Below are positions 62,554-64,000 of a stretch of DNA of 64,000 bases, in pieces. The notes beneath the pieces were generated by a model. That model had not been told where the DNA came from, did not search any database, and saw nothing but the letters and a program-made list of their open reading frames with translations. Position 1 is the first letter of the stretch. Each line of letters starts with the position of its first letter. The position numbers were made by a program, and so were the translations under genes. The stretch is from Owenia fusiformis (lineage: Eukaryota), in assembly GCA_903813345.2 (NCBI GenBank), contig CAIIXF020000001.1, positions 2,294,001 through 2,358,000 of the forward strand, in the 5' to 3' direction.

Positions 62554-63085
62554 TTATTATCCCAAACGAACGAAGTTCGGTAGGGATATAGTGAAGCCCT
62601 CCGTCCGTCCGTCAGTCCGTCCGTCCTTCTGTCCATTTTCTTCATATTTAGTGGAAAGATGTATATTGGTGAATAGTTGTACGCAAAAAAAATTTTCAAG
62701 ATGGCCGCCGCTTTAAAAATGACGGGACTTTTTCGCAAAAACCATAAATTTTTCATTCTAAACCAAAGTAATTATTAATATTATTGTTTTAAATTTTGGT
62801 AGTATATTCGCAACATCTATCTATTTCACATATATTCCGTGTTTTTCATCCTGACCCCCAGGGGCCGTGTATGGGGGGTCAGGAAAACAGTAATTTTCGC
62901 TAATTTTTAGATCTTTCTGAAGTATAGCTTTATTATACTCAAATGAAAGGCAATTAAGAGTAGATTGCAAATATTGTATCTTTTTCTGATTCGAGCATTG
63001 TAAAATTCAAAATGGCCGTCTAATGTACGATTTCGCAATAATTTTTCGATCCCTTCAAAGTATGGCTGTATTATACTCAAATTAT
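62554..63085 (+). mobile_element. HINE 5' portion, truncated or interrupted by element copy B
   Basis: TTATTATCCCAAACGAACGAAGTTCGG head followed by (GTCC)n. Confidence 0.72.
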
Positions 63086-63142
63086 CGAAATCGTTGTTCC
63101 CTCTTCAAAAGAGGAGACGCGAAAATCTTTCCTTATAAGGTC

Positions 63143-63960
63143 AAAATATTTCCCATGATGCATTTCGCGGAGGAACAAATTTATACTTCCTTGTTTTCCC
63201 TCATAGGTTTAACATGGGGATTTTCACACCTATTTTTCAAACGATATATTCGTTCATATTCCCGTACGAGAGTACAGAAAAAAATATGAGAAACGATTGA
63301 TCTCTTATTAATCTTAATATAACAGCTATTTTTTCATTGTATTGATTCATAGCGTGGTGAAAACGATGATTGAAAAGTGAGAAAATATTCCGGAAGAGAA
63401 GGTCACATAATCAGTTGACTAGTCGCCATATTGGAAAAAACAATTCCATTCGACTTTCAATACTTTCATGCCAATCTTACCGCACTACAAACTGCAACAT
63501 CGATGCAACAACTGAATAAAAGTATTCATCTTCAAATTACATTATAGAGTTACGTTGAAAACCCACAAACAATTGAGCAGTAGACCAAAGAAGATGTGTC
63601 GCTATTATCTAGGTCAATCTGTTCAGTGGTCCGAAAGCAAATCTATAGTACTCGTTTCCGAATTTTGTTGTTCATTGTACAATCTTTTATTGATTAAACT
63701 CGGTAAACTGACTATTAAAGCAATGACAAGGAAGAATACTTCCGATGGTGTCATTGTTTTATTTTTTTTTATTTAGCGTGCGGGTGTAAAAACAAAATTG
63801 GGTAATTAGTTTGATTTAGAACTTTCGGGTCACGCAAATAGCTACGCGAAATGCATAGTGGGAAATTATTGACCAATCAAATTTTGTCCTTTTTGAGTGC
63901 TTTTTCAGTATATATTTGCGAACGTTCTGATTCAAAGAGCGAACCGCGAAAGGGAGAATT
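63143..63960. mobile_element. ~810-bp interspersed element, copy B (inverted relative to 52194-53009)
   Basis: Reverse complement of copy A. Confidence 0.88.
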
Positions 63961-64000
63961 GAAGGAATTTTGGAGTAGATCACAATTATGGTATTATTCT

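Overview
AT-rich, intron-rich animal (probably marine invertebrate, lophotrochozoan-like) genomic DNA, not prokaryotic. Three protein-coding genes can be spliced by hand with GT-AG introns and consistent phases. (1) A complete RAB23 on + (7 coding exons, 1085-16823, 236 aa, ends CIIL). (2) A 2-exon BAG2 co-chaperone on - (29228-25364, 178 aa), tail-to-tail with RAB23, as I recall the two genes being arranged in human. (3) The 5' part of an NPC1-family sterol transporter on + (8 exons, 49033-61841). Its signal-peptide exon was not found and the gene runs off the window; a perfect CLEAR box lies about 3 kb upstream. Introns and intergenic DNA are densely packed with nested non-autonomous DNA transposons: Tc1/mariner, hAT, PIF/Harbinger, piggyBac- and Kolobok-like TTAA MITEs, CACTA-like, and Helentron-type HINEs with satellite cores. 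There is also a decayed L1/Tx1 LINE split by a 4.9-kb Academ-like element with ~2-kb inverted arms. Most short ORFs in the supplied track are spurious or transposon debris. Main leads: the conserved RAB23-BAG2 pair; foldback elements from three superfamilies whose arms are inverted copies of one end reaching into transposase coding sequence; and an inverted intronic repeat pair bracketing an in-frame 1284-nt NPC1 exon block. I cannot show a wholly new biological system from sequence alone.
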